Part shown: in pieces, positions 18,498-28,240 of the stretch
Layout: each line of letters starts with the position of its first letter
How positions within the stretch are numbered: position 1 is the stretch's first letter
From: a virus
Strand: one strand, 5' to 3'
IMG/VR virus record: IMGVR_UViG_3300042309_002885
Span: 32,001 to 96,000 of that record
DNA: 64,000 nt
The notes under the pieces: model-generated
Told to the model about the DNA's origin: nothing
Databases searched by the model: none
What the model saw: only the letters and a program-made list of their open reading frames with translations
Made by a program: the position numbers and the translations under genes

Positions 18498-19158
18498 TCG
18501 AACGTATGAATTTTAGTATGTGTTCTCTTAAAAATGCATCAACTCCTTTTTTAGGTAGTCTGTTAATAGCTTTTTCGAAATTTTCATATACTTCCTCGTA
18601 TTTACCGTTATCTGCTACTACCCACTGTTTTGATTCTAAAATACCATTCACAAAGGCCTTAGGGAATGATGGATCCGCAACACAATCAACAGCAACTAAT
18701 TTAAGATTTCTAACAACATTATGACTTGCTCCCTCTTCGAGTGTTCCGAGTGCTCTTGACGACATGCCCACCTTCACACCATCGTTAATTAATGACCGTA
18801 CAATCATACCACACGGTGTTGATAATACTTTCGATTTACCGTAGAATACGTTATTATCTTCATATAATTCTGTAACTATATGACATGCCCTCTCAAGATC
18901 TACATCTGCAGAAGTAGGGTGATTAAGCTCACCCATTGCTCTCCCTGGTAGTACCATTTCTTGGTTATAGCGCTCTACCTCTCTTCTTAATTCATCTATA
19001 GGGTACATTCGCTTATTCTTGTTAACTCCCTCCGCCATCATATAAGGCCCTTTAATGAATAATGTTGAAGGTGCATTTCTATTGGATTCTTCAACTACAT
19101 ATTCAAACTGATCGTCGAGAGCTGGTTTTTCTACTAATAGGTTAAGCTTAAGTGCCAT
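18493..19158 (-). CDS. gp21: prohead protease (gp21-like)
   Basis: GPYMMAEGVNKNKRMYP, AMGELNHP, GMSSRALG, DCVADPS; start moved to 19158 (MALKL) behind AATAAATA. Confidence 0.95.
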   Translation of the reverse strand: MALKLNLLVEKPALDDQFEYVVEESNRNAPSTLFIKGPYMMAEGVNKNKRMYPIDELRREVERYNQEMVLPGRAMGELNHPTSADVDLERACHIVTELYEDNNVFYGKSKVLSTPCGMIVRSLINDGVKVGMSSRALGTLEEGASHNVVRNLKLVAVDCVADPSFPKAFVNGILESKQWVVADNGKYEEVYENFEKAINRLPKKGVDAFLREHILKFIRSI

Positions 19159-19220
19159 ATTTATATTTATTGTTTTTATATAATAATCTATAAAATATCG
19201 CAACAAACATGTAAAGTGGA

Positions 19221-19664
19221 CTATTTTAATTCCTTCTCTGTTATAATAATAAATTCCATGTTCTTTTTTTTACAAAATTCTCTTGCTGCCTGCCACTTTG
19301 ATTGATTTTTTAAATACATGGTTTGTTCGTATATTAAGTGTTCTTTGTTTTTATATTTTGTTTTTGGAGGTAGTAATTGTTTAGAGGGTTTTATCTCTAC
19401 AAGATATTGTTTAATTTTACTACCTTCTTTTATTACAACGAAATTATCTACATAATATCTATGGACTTTATTGTCTAAAGGCGAAATATACGGTATAACA
19501 ACGTTTTCACTACCCCATTTTATAATGTTATCATTTGTATCACAAAAACGCATAAACTTAAGCTCGAGACCAGATCGGTATATTGCCTGCGTACCAATAA
19601 ATTTTTGTTTATTTGTTGGTACAAAAATACCTTGCCTGTATTTGTTATTCTTTATTAATTTCAT
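19221..19664 (-). CDS. gp4: head completion nuclease (gp4-like, TnsA-like fold)
   Basis: YRSGLELKFMRFCD, WGSE...IPYISPLDNKVHRYYVDN, LVEIKP, N..KW.AA..FC. Confidence 0.9.
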   Translation of the reverse strand: MKLIKNNKYRQGIFVPTNKQKFIGTQAIYRSGLELKFMRFCDTNDNIIKWGSENVVIPYISPLDNKVHRYYVDNFVVIKEGSKIKQYLVEIKPSKQLLPPKTKYKNKEHLIYEQTMYLKNQSKWQAAREFCKKKNMEFIIITEKELK

Positions 19665-19666
19665 AA

Positions 19667-20812
19667 TTAACCAATAAAGAAAAACGGTGGATCAGCATCA
19701 CCAAAGCCTGCAGATGCCCCAGTAAGTAGCATTTGTTCAAGCTCTTTTTTCTCCGTTAGTCCCTCAGCGAGCAAGTCGTAATTTAACGTACCACCACCTA
19801 ACAGCGAAACATTTGAAAATTTACTACGTACTCTGCCTATAACAATTTTTGTCAGTGCTGTTGCATACTCATACACCCACTGCTCTTTTACTAAGTCTCG
19901 GATCGGTCTTTCTAAGTAACACGCTAAGACACCGTAAAAAGCGCTTGAGCCGGGCTGTGGATACATTTGAAGGTATTGAGTTCTTTCATCGAACTTTAAA
20001 TCTCGCCTAACAGCGAGTATTTTCTCTCGTGTGTCAAGCCATTCTTTTAAGGCGTACCACGACACTAAATCAAAACCATAATTACCTAACGCATAACTAA
20101 AGTATGTTTGTTGTGCTAGTGTTTGTTCTAATGTAAATAGTGTATTGACACCCTGATTTGAACCTTCTTCAAACTCAACAACACTAACCACCTTTCTATA
20201 ATCCATCACATCGTAATCAAATACATTAGAATAATCCATTGCTGTAGTAATATTTGATTCGAGAGATATATTCTTTTTTTGTGATTTTTTAAAATAGCTA
20301 CTCAGTGTAATATCAAATGTGGTTATTTTATTAAATAATTGCTCGTCAAATATTTCCAATTCATCTATACCGTCTGTAAACAGACCTGATAGTTCATTGC
20401 TTTGTGAAAAAACCGATGTGGGTATTGATGATAGGGATATATAAACCTGGTTGGGTGTTTCGGCTGTAAAGTCTGACCCTGCCCATTTCGGTACATTACT
20501 TGTCTTTTCTTTATCTGTTAACCCGGCTTTAGCTATTGTATATAAATGATCCAGCCTTATACCTCTATTCTTTTCATACAGCTTTGAGCTGAAGATTAAG
20601 AATTCTTTTGTAAAACCTGCAAACTTTGAAAAATACTCTACTGCTATTTGTATGTTTTGAAACAACTGATCCTGGTGTACTTCAAGTGTAATTAACGGAT
20701 ATCCTAAAGATCTCTTAATCCTCTCTGCAACATCAGAAAAAGTCTCTAACTTATTATTTAAGTTAGTTGATTGAAAAGCTGAAACAGGCTGTACTTCACA
20801 TGCTAATGACAT
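19667..20812 (-). CDS. gp13: neck protein (gp13-like)
   Basis: IKRSLGYPLITLE, EQWVYEYATALTKIVIG..RSKF..V.L.GGGTLN. Confidence 0.85.
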   Translation of the reverse strand: MSLACEVQPVSAFQSTNLNNKLETFSDVAERIKRSLGYPLITLEVHQDQLFQNIQIAVEYFSKFAGFTKEFLIFSSKLYEKNRGIRLDHLYTIAKAGLTDKEKTSNVPKWAGSDFTAETPNQVYISLSSIPTSVFSQSNELSGLFTDGIDELEIFDEQLFNKITTFDITLSSYFKKSQKKNISLESNITTAMDYSNVFDYDVMDYRKVVSVVEFEEGSNQGVNTLFTLEQTLAQQTYFSYALGNYGFDLVSWYALKEWLDTREKILAVRRDLKFDERTQYLQMYPQPGSSAFYGVLACYLERPIRDLVKEQWVYEYATALTKIVIGRVRSKFSNVSLLGGGTLNYDLLAEGLTEKKELEQMLLTGASAGFGDADPPFFFIG

Positions 20813-20817
20813 GTATA

Positions 20818-20825
20818 TATTTAGT
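20818..20825 (-). promoter_or_regulatory. late promoter variant upstream of gp13
   Basis: ACTAAATA-N5-ATG. Confidence 0.65.
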
Positions 20826-20827
20826 CA

Positions 20828-22633
20828 TTATGCTGCTGGCGCCGGCGTTTCCGGAGGAGGAGCTTCTGCTTCTCCCGCTGGTGAAACTTCACCGGTCTCT
20901 GCTGGGCCTCCTGTAAAGTCAGGTGGCGCTCCACCGCCACCGCCACCACCAACCATAGGCGCACCGCCTGCCTCACCAGGTCCTTCTGCACCAGCAATAT
21001 CTCCTGCCACTACTTGCTCACGCCATGCGGGACCGAGAGCGGTAATCTGCTGTATCTCCCATTGCAGCTCTGCATCTTTACGTAAAAACTCTCTATTAGC
21101 AAGTATATCTTTGTCTTTCCAATTAAGATATTTCTTCTGCGCGTAAGTATTTGAAACAAATTCACTCTGACTCATGTTATTAAAGGCTTGAACCTTTTGG
21201 TCAAGTCGCTGACCTTCTCTCATTTCATAGAAATTGGTAGGTACATTAAACTCAATTTCTATATTAGGTTCCGTGAGTTCAAATTTATCCCACAACCCCT
21301 TTAGTTTTAGATGTGTAACAAATCCCCTTTTAATACCAGCTGCAAATCTCTGCTGCTGTCTTATTATAAATCTAGCAAATTTTAATTCTTCGCGTAATAT
21401 TTCAGAGCCATCTCTAAATGCATCTTCTGGATCTAGTCTCGATGTTGGTACCTTAAGAGATCTATACAGCTTTTTAATAAAGTACATTAAATCAGCTAAT
21501 TCACCTAAGTTCTGACCCCCAGCTAACTGGCTTACACTTGATCCTTCTGATCCAGACCTTTTCGGGAACCAAAACGCATCAAGCATTGATTGAGGGTTAA
21601 ACTTTTTAACGACATCTGCCTGATCAATATCAAATGTTTTTGATGACCAATAATTACTAATTAACTTTTTAAGATACGCTTCTGCCTTAGGTGCGGGCAT
21701 GTTGCCTACATCAACGTTGAATACAAGACGTTCAGGTGCTCTTACCAGCCTGTAAATAACAATAGCATCTTCAATTAGTGAAAGCTGTCTGTAGGCGCGC
21801 CGAGCATTCTCTAAAAATGGTAATACCATATTTTTTGTCTCGTTCATTATACCAGAGTTTATGTATATTACCTGATTTTCGTCTAACGGTATATATTCGA
21901 TACGCTCTTGCCTATCCGGCTTTAACGGGTCAAATATAGGCTTCCTATATATAAAACCCTTTACCATCATGTTTTGTATATTATTATATACAGGGTCGAT
22001 TAACTCACATGGTAGATTGAGTGCACCTAATACCCCTTCATTAAGGTAATCTTTATGAATAATAAGTTCAAAAAAGAGCTCACCTTCTATTAAAAATTGT
22101 CTAAAATATTGCCAGCCTTTATTTTTAAAATCAAAATATTCTATAAACTTTGAAAACTCTTCATCAATTGAATTTTTATTACTAGAGGATAAATCAGTGT
22201 TTTTGTATAATATTTTTATCTCATTACCAGCGTCATCAGTATTGATTGCTTCGTCACATATCTCGTCTAGAGCATCTGCAACATCTGAATATGCAGCCAT
22301 TACTCTATAGTCACGTAATCTAGCTGCTTTATTCTCCTGAATATTAGCATACATTACCTGCCCGAAAGAGGTATCTTTGCCCATAGAGCCTATAGGCATA
22401 TTATTGTATTCGTTCGAAATAGATACGGAGTGCTTGGCTAATGCTTCGGAACGCCTTAATCCAGTGTCTGCGAAAGCCTTATATTTTGGATTGAGATTAT
22501 TATTTTCCGTATCTATTAAATTTGAATACGGCAGACGATTTTGAATAAACGCTGCTAAATTTCTACCAAATGTTGATGCTCTACCATCGTTTGATGTGTA
22601 GTTTTTATTTTGCGATTGTGTGCTATCAGCCAT
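20828..22633 (-). CDS. gp20: portal protein (gp20-like)
   Basis: LIEDAIVIYRLVRAPERLVFNVDVGNMP..KAE, SMLDAFWFP.R.G..G, LY.SLKVP.SRL; Pro/Gly-rich C-terminal tail. Confidence 0.97.
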   Translation of the reverse strand: MADSTQSQNKNYTSNDGRASTFGRNLAAFIQNRLPYSNLIDTENNNLNPKYKAFADTGLRRSEALAKHSVSISNEYNNMPIGSMGKDTSFGQVMYANIQENKAARLRDYRVMAAYSDVADALDEICDEAINTDDAGNEIKILYKNTDLSSSNKNSIDEEFSKFIEYFDFKNKGWQYFRQFLIEGELFFELIIHKDYLNEGVLGALNLPCELIDPVYNNIQNMMVKGFIYRKPIFDPLKPDRQERIEYIPLDENQVIYINSGIMNETKNMVLPFLENARRAYRQLSLIEDAIVIYRLVRAPERLVFNVDVGNMPAPKAEAYLKKLISNYWSSKTFDIDQADVVKKFNPQSMLDAFWFPKRSGSEGSSVSQLAGGQNLGELADLMYFIKKLYRSLKVPTSRLDPEDAFRDGSEILREELKFARFIIRQQQRFAAGIKRGFVTHLKLKGLWDKFELTEPNIEIEFNVPTNFYEMREGQRLDQKVQAFNNMSQSEFVSNTYAQKKYLNWKDKDILANREFLRKDAELQWEIQQITALGPAWREQVVAGDIAGAEGPGEAGGAPMVGGGGGGGAPPDFTGGPAETGEVSPAGEAEAPPPETPAPAA

Positions 22634-22640
22634 TTTAGTA

Positions 22641-22648
22641 TATTTAGT
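22641..22648 (-). promoter_or_regulatory. late promoter variant upstream of the portal gene
   Basis: ACTAAATA-N7-ATG. Confidence 0.65.
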
Positions 22649-23771
22649 CTATGGTTATAGTATATCCATGACTGGATGTACCCCAACCTGCGCTATTTGC
22701 AGTTATGAATGTAAATTGATTACCAGACCCTGATAGAGCGTTAGCGGATAGATTAATTACCGCTATATTATCATTTAATATAGAGAATTGATTTTCATTA
22801 AGCTTATAAGCGCTTATATATAAACTCTTTGATGTGCTTATTGATGTGAAGTTGCTGTGTATATTTTGCGCATAACTACTAAGATAGAATTTATTGTCGT
22901 AACTAAAACGCTTACCGTATATTAAGAACTGATTGCTTATGCTTTTTTTAATTGTAATAGGATCTTGTATTCTCCTAGGTAATTGATCAGTCATATAAAA
23001 GAGATTAGTTATCTCTGGTATAGCTGAGACAGTTACGCTATCTGTTTGTGCGGAGATGTTTGTATATAGCGCGTTAAGAGTCTCGTAATCGTCGATTGTG
23101 TGTATTTTGCTACGTAGGTTAGAGTTAGTAAAATTTGCTGTAACCTTATATATTGTTTTGAGTGTCTCTGCTGGTTTAAATAGCCAGCTCTTTATAGTAA
23201 ATGATGTATCAGCAACAGCTCTAAACTTATCTGAAAAAGTAAGGTCTGTTGGTGCGTTGTAGCTAATATTTCCATCCCATAATACTTCAGATCGAATTTC
23301 TGTAGTATTTTTTAAATTATACTCCTCTGGTAGTGTCCAAGATAAGACTATATATGGGTTTGTATACGGCACGAAATTAGATATAATTTGATCTATATCT
23401 GACATATATCTAGCAAGTATGGAAAAACTTACTTCAATGTTTATAGGTACCGGTGATAGTATTTTTGTACTTGTAGGACCGAAGGGCGACAGCTTGCCTT
23501 CTAAGTAAGAGGAATCTATTTTATTAAAAACTCTTGTATTGTCTCTCGATATAGATGTTGTATTTACTGCGATTACAGGTAGTGTTAAGTTTTGTGCTTT
23601 ATTAACAATATCATACATTACTCTCTGCTTAGGACCAAATACATACCTTACCTCAACGCTCTCCTTTGGCTCTCTATTATTATTGTAGCGCTTTATTACA
23701 ACATCGTCAAACGCAGCGATAAACTGAGTTATAATATCTTTTATTTCCCAGAAAAACGTCTCGTTATTCAT
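22644..23771 (-). CDS. gp15: tail sheath stabiliser/terminator (gp15-like) with C-terminal extension
   Basis: IKDIITQFIAAFDD, V.VRYVFGPKQR, LTLPVIA, PVPINIEVSFSILARY..DIDQII. Confidence 0.8.
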   Translation of the reverse strand: MNNETFFWEIKDIITQFIAAFDDVVIKRYNNNREPKESVEVRYVFGPKQRVMYDIVNKAQNLTLPVIAVNTTSISRDNTRVFNKIDSSYLEGKLSPFGPTSTKILSPVPINIEVSFSILARYMSDIDQIISNFVPYTNPYIVLSWTLPEEYNLKNTTEIRSEVLWDGNISYNAPTDLTFSDKFRAVADTSFTIKSWLFKPAETLKTIYKVTANFTNSNLRSKIHTIDDYETLNALYTNISAQTDSVTVSAIPEITNLFYMTDQLPRRIQDPITIKKSISNQFLIYGKRFSYDNKFYLSSYAQNIHSNFTSISTSKSLYISAYKLNENQFSILNDNIAVINLSANALSGSGNQFTFITANSAGWGTSSHGYTITID

Positions 23772-23777
23772 ATTGTA

Positions 23778-23785
23778 TATTTAGT
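23778..23785 (-). promoter_or_regulatory. late promoter variant upstream of gp15
   Basis: ACTAAATA-N6-ATG. Confidence 0.65.
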
Positions 23786-25432
23786 TTAGACGAACCTATC
23801 TAAGAAATATTTTGGAATTTTATGCTTGTTTTTTAATATAACATCTGTTATTGCACCGTCGAGAACGTATGTAGTGCAAAAATCTCCCTTAGATCTAACG
23901 CCGCGACCGCAAGACTGAATGAAGGAAGCTAACATTTTATTAATGTACCAGTTAGAATCGCTCTTCATTAGCCTTTCAATTCTTTTATCTGCTGTAGGTA
24001 AATAGGGCGCTTTAACAATAATTTGAAATCTCGCGAGATCGCCTTTTAGATCAACACCATACGACATAGACGGTGAGGCTAATATTGTAGGTGTGTTACT
24101 CGCTTGATGTATCTTTAATAAATCTTCATTTGTTGTACCTGCTTCGCGATATAGAATTCTTTTGTTAGAAATGTGTTTTTGAAGTGTTTCGGTAATAAAG
24201 TTTGTATGTGTGTGTATAATTCCCTTGTCGTTTTTGTGTATATTACAAATTTCATCTACTTGCTTTGCTATTTTTGGAAGTGTAGATTTAAGATTTGAAA
24301 AATTAAGCTTGTATTTAGTAGATATATAAATTGGGGCTTTCTTTGAATCAAAGGTAGATTCTGCCTCTATGTATTTATAGTTAGTAATACCTAGAGTCTT
24401 GCAGAAATTCTCTGGGTCGATAATTGTTGCGGACATAAGTATAATTTTTTTTCCGCTTTCAAAAATATATTTTGAAAGTTTATCTACCTTTAGTGGTGTA
24501 AAGGTTACACCACTATCGTGTCGCTCAATTATATATTCACTATCACTCCAAGTATTTGTAAGGGTTTTAATTTTATTGTGTATGCCCTGTAATGTAGAAA
24601 GTTCATTGCTTCTTATAGTTAATTGCAGACCACTGAGTGTTTTTTTTGTGTTGGTTATGTTAGATTTTAACTCTGCAACACGATCGTCTATCTCAGCACT
24701 GATTGTTTGTACCCATCTACCAAAGCTGGTATAATTACTACTACTAGGTAGAATGGGAATTTCCACTCCTAGTTTTTTTAGAGTATTGAAATTAATAGGA
24801 CAAGTAAACATCTTGACTAGCTGATCCTCTAACTCTGACGCTTCGTCACACACAATGAATTCTTTCTGCTTTATGTGACTGGGCAGAGCGAAAAACATAT
24901 CATAATTTAGCGCTGCAAATTTTGATGTAATAGTTTTATTTCTTGCGTTATAATATAGGCAGCTGTTTTTTGACCAGCAGCTTTCCTTTAGCCCAGATAG
25001 ATACATACAAGGAGCTGTGTCAACACCAAAATTATTATCATATGTACACTGGTAGTTCGATTTACCTTTAAGTATAGAGATATCATCAAAAAGAGCTTGA
25101 TACTGATCTTGTAACGCTTTAGTTATTGTGAGAGCGAAGCACCCAAACGGCTCTTGCTGATTTTCAGTGTTTTCATATTGATATCCTCCATACTGCGTTC
25201 GTTTAAATATTTCATAGCTTTCCACCGCATCAATAAAATTTGATTCCGGCAGTGAGGATACTTCACCTAGTGTTTTTGAAATAAACGATTTACCTGAACC
25301 CGTTGGTGCACTACATACCACAAACTTATACCCTTCTTCGAACGCTCTCTCAATGCTGTTTATTAAAAGTAGCTGAGTATCATTCGGATTAAATTGTGAT
25401 GGAAATTTACTAATATAACTTAACCCCATCAC
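23786..25432 (-). CDS. DinG/XPD-like SF2 helicase with a putative Fe-S cluster
   Basis: APTGSGKS, VCDEASE, ILMSAT, GVDLKGD..RFQII.KAPY, QSCGRGVR; four Cys between motifs I and II. Confidence 0.85.
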   Translation of the reverse strand: MMGLSYISKFPSQFNPNDTQLLLINSIERAFEEGYKFVVCSAPTGSGKSFISKTLGEVSSLPESNFIDAVESYEIFKRTQYGGYQYENTENQQEPFGCFALTITKALQDQYQALFDDISILKGKSNYQCTYDNNFGVDTAPCMYLSGLKESCWSKNSCLYYNARNKTITSKFAALNYDMFFALPSHIKQKEFIVCDEASELEDQLVKMFTCPINFNTLKKLGVEIPILPSSSNYTSFGRWVQTISAEIDDRVAELKSNITNTKKTLSGLQLTIRSNELSTLQGIHNKIKTLTNTWSDSEYIIERHDSGVTFTPLKVDKLSKYIFESGKKIILMSATIIDPENFCKTLGITNYKYIEAESTFDSKKAPIYISTKYKLNFSNLKSTLPKIAKQVDEICNIHKNDKGIIHTHTNFITETLQKHISNKRILYREAGTTNEDLLKIHQASNTPTILASPSMSYGVDLKGDLARFQIIVKAPYLPTADKRIERLMKSDSNWYINKMLASFIQSCGRGVRSKGDFCTTYVLDGAITDVILKNKHKIPKYFLDRFV

Positions 25433-25450
25433 TAATGATATCGAAGTTCC

Positions 25451-25798
25451 TTAACTCGCAACTCTCGATATGACTACTAAATTATCATACATTTTGTATG
25501 TGTTATTTGTCTTGAGCGATCGCAGCTTACTAGTTATGTTATTATTACTACCAGTTAAAACACTCAACCGATAGTTTAGCGTGCATGTTGTATCTGTGAG
25601 GTGTATTGCGTATGGATAAGGCAGTTCAAGTATTTTGTTTTCTTTTTTCGATGTTTCGATATTAAAACGTATAAAATATTGTTTTGTAGAAAACAGCTTT
25701 AAGCGCCCTGCTTTAAGAACTTTACTATCACACTTTATAGAAATGTTCATTTGTAGGAAGCGTTGAAGTGCTTTGGTATATGTTTCAATATTTGTCAT
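25451..25798 (-). CDS. hypothetical protein
   Basis: ORF inside the minus-strand operon, overlapping its neighbours. Confidence 0.6.
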   Translation of the reverse strand: MTNIETYTKALQRFLQMNISIKCDSKVLKAGRLKLFSTKQYFIRFNIETSKKENKILELPYPYAIHLTDTTCTLNYRLSVLTGSNNNITSKLRSLKTNNTYKMYDNLVVISRVAS

Positions 25799-26172
25799 GT
25801 ATCCATATATTCTATTTTCTTATCGGGTGACATTGTATATATTTGTGTATTAAAAAAATTCCAGAATTCATCGGTTGCAGGAATCACTTTTAATACATCA
25901 ACCGAGTCCACTGACACAATTCTATAGTCCTGCATTATAATGTCCCAAACAACACACGCATTGTTTGTAGCTTCGTTAAATTGTTTACCCCTTTTAGGAG
26001 GTCTGTAGTTTAAAACTACCCTTCCATTTGTAGTGTTAAGAAGATTGAAAGATTTAGTACATAACATACGACGTGTACTAGGTCTTCCTGGTTGAGGTCT
26101 TCTTCTTACAAATCTTAAATCAATAACATTATCTAATAATAACGTTTCAAGAGTCTGTCTGGTTACTTGCAT
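25795..26172 (-). CDS. WYL_2/Sm-like (SH3-fold) domain protein
   Basis: IDLRFVRR...RRMLCT...VVWDI..QDYRIV pattern; start adjusted to MQVTR. Confidence 0.55.
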   Translation of the reverse strand: MQVTRQTLETLLLDNVIDLRFVRRRPQPGRPSTRRMLCTKSFNLLNTTNGRVVLNYRPPKRGKQFNEATNNACVVWDIIMQDYRIVSVDSVDVLKVIPATDEFWNFFNTQIYTMSPDKKIEYMDT

Positions 26173-26566
26173 GTTTATTCTTACTACAAATTCCAAAAAT
26201 TCGACTCTCGTTTAAAAAGATTCCACGGTCTACTCTCCCGTAGTCCTTAATATCAATATTCGAAACAGATACTCCGTAGTTGTTTGGAAAAATAACGATA
26301 TCATCTACTTTGGTATATTTTGCTTGCGGACCTACTAATATGACTTTTGCTTTACGCCAAGCTTTAGTTAGTGTGTTAGTAGGTATATATAGACCATTTC
26401 TCATTATACCATCGCTATCTGCTAGGTCTACATATTCTACAAGCAATATATCATCAAAGACAAAATTCAATTGATATTCTTCTAGTCCAAAATCCCCACT
26501 AGAATGTGATGATAAATCTATTAAGCTTCTCTGTGGTACAAGCTTGTCAATACTTTCAGTTGCCAT
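26147..26566 (-). CDS. GroES-like co-chaperonin (gp31 analogue)
   Basis: FDDILLVEY...GLYIP...AKVILVGP....KVDDIVIF. Confidence 0.75.
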   Translation of the reverse strand: MATESIDKLVPQRSLIDLSSHSSGDFGLEEYQLNFVFDDILLVEYVDLADSDGIMRNGLYIPTNTLTKAWRKAKVILVGPQAKYTKVDDIVIFPNNYGVSVSNIDIKDYGRVDRGIFLNESRIFGICSKNKHASNQTDS

Positions 26567-26585
26567 TATAATATATATTAAATGT

Positions 26586-26954
26586 TTATAATAAATCCAT
26601 ATACATTTTTACCTCTCTTGATGAGATGTTGTGATTTTTTGCTAACATGATTATATTAGCTTCCAAACTATTCTCATCTTTTGACTCTTTTGTTTTTTTA
26701 ATATATTGAATTTTTTTATATGACAGCTTTGGTATCAACTCATAATACAGCTTATATAGAGAAGATTTGTTTTCATCTATCGAATGAAACCGATTTAGTG
26801 TTTCATTCGATAGAATGCATTGACGCTTATCATAAAAGGACAACCATCTCGAAATCATGTATGGTGTAAATTGCTGTATGTCGGCTTCTTCCAGTGAAGC
26901 TTCTTTTATAGGTCTCTTATAAAAAAGATGACTAATAATATCGAAGAAGGTCAT
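26586..26954 (-). CDS. gp62: clamp loader small subunit (gp62-like)
   Basis: FTPYMISRWLS...N, LYYELIPK....QYIKK, NISSREVKMY. Confidence 0.7.
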   Translation of the reverse strand: MTFFDIISHLFYKRPIKEASLEEADIQQFTPYMISRWLSFYDKRQCILSNETLNRFHSIDENKSSLYKLYYELIPKLSYKKIQYIKKTKESKDENSLEANIIMLAKNHNISSREVKMYMDLL

Positions 26955-27532
26955 ACAATTACCTTTGTAGTAGCAAGATGAATATCTTGAACTACATCGT
27001 TAAAGAACTCAACAACATTAGACATGAACTCTTGTGCTTGTTCGTCTTGAAGACCTGTACTGTAAGCAAAACCAGGCGCCTTTTTACCAGCTTTAATATT
27101 AATACCCGTATGACCTATAGCTACACTTTCTTTTGAGTATGTAATAGATACACTTGCTTTACCCGACTCTTGTTCTTTTTTGTCAGAACCAATAAATTTA
27201 TCATGTACGATAATATCATCACCCCTCATCTCTAAAGATTTCTCAATATATCGAGACAGAAGATTAGCTATTACGGTGTTAAAGAGTCGTTGAAAAGAAA
27301 CAGCTCCTAACGGACAGAGGTTAGGAATTTCCCAGCAAAAGTTTATAGCATCATCGCTATAGATGTAATCTTTAGCCATTGAGTCTTCTAAATCAATTAA
27401 ATTATCACTCACAAACATCGGTGCGCGAAAGGCAACTACATTACCGTAGGGTGATGTTTTTTCTTTGAAGAAACGATATGCAAATCGCTTGTGGATAAAG
27501 TCTCCGTTATAAATAGGTTGTTCTATGATCAT
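26951..27532 (-). CDS. DUF366-family protein (BPL/LplA-like fold)
   Basis: YNGDFIHKRFAY, VVAFRAPM.V, LIDLED, IYSDDAINF, RGDDI, KASVSI, GHTGINI. Confidence 0.7.
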   Translation of the reverse strand: MIIEQPIYNGDFIHKRFAYRFFKEKTSPYGNVVAFRAPMFVSDNLIDLEDSMAKDYIYSDDAINFCWEIPNLCPLGAVSFQRLFNTVIANLLSRYIEKSLEMRGDDIIVHDKFIGSDKKEQESGKASVSITYSKESVAIGHTGINIKAGKKAPGFAYSTGLQDEQAQEFMSNVVEFFNDVVQDIHLATTKVIV

Positions 27533-27539
27533 ATAATAA

Positions 27540-27567
27540 AGTATAGTAAACCAATCTTATTTTTCAA
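27540..27567 (-). promoter_or_regulatory. sigma70-like promoter of DUF366
   Basis: TTGAAA-N16-TATACT-N7-ATG. Confidence 0.65.
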
Positions 27568-28240
27568 TAAGAAAATCTTTTATTCTTTCAAAGAAAATAT
27601 CAAACATTGCATTATCACTACTACCGTCCCAATTCTCATCCGCCTCTACCCACGAAGTTGTTGTTTGAAAGTGACCGTGTAAAAGATTTGGATGCGGTGT
27701 AGATATATTTAGAGATTTAAAATCGTTAGTATTATTTGTTAATAATACACCTTTGAATTCTTTATTATACCTTGTCTGCAGGCAGGTAATAAGCTCGTGG
27801 TATTTTTTTATAATTAACTGTATATCTTGCGAGTCGTGCCATCTACTATAGTAAAATAATGTTGTAGGTGTTTCACATTCAAACAGTTGCTTTGTTCTAA
27901 TTATCTTTCGATCGTAACTATCACGATGCGCTTGTGTAGCTTCGTCATGATGAAATAGCGGCGCGTACATTGGCCAGCTATATATTGTATCCTCTTGTAA
28001 AGAGTAAAGTGTGTTTATCCATTTAGGGTATTGAATTCCCTGTTTTGGATAGTAGGTGTAATTTTTAAATTCTAGATAACTTTCATTGAGTATATCGTTA
28101 AAATTGTTTTCAATAATTTTTCTTACGATATCAATATTCACAAGAACGTTTTCAAACATATTAACAGGTCCGTCAATAATATTAAGGCGTCTTAGTTGTT
28201 TAGCGAGTAGGCACGTTTCTCCTATGATAAGCTTATTCAT
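27557..28240 (-). CDS. hypothetical protein with a DUF1796-like N-terminus
   Basis: IIGETCLLAKQLRRL...P..MF resembles the LGxxC..QL..L pattern; start adjusted to MNKLII. Confidence 0.45.
   Translation of the reverse strand: MNKLIIGETCLLAKQLRRLNIIDGPVNMFENVLVNIDIVRKIIENNFNDILNESYLEFKNYTYYPKQGIQYPKWINTLYSLQEDTIYSWPMYAPLFHHDEATQAHRDSYDRKIIRTKQLFECETPTTLFYYSRWHDSQDIQLIIKKYHELITCLQTRYNKEFKGVLLTNNTNDFKSLNISTPHPNLLHGHFQTTTSWVEADENWDGSSDNAMFDIFFERIKDFLIEK

Noticed and set aside
20811-21146. GC-rich + strand ORF overlapping the end of the portal gene
   Set aside because: Antisense shadow of the Pro/Gly-rich portal tail
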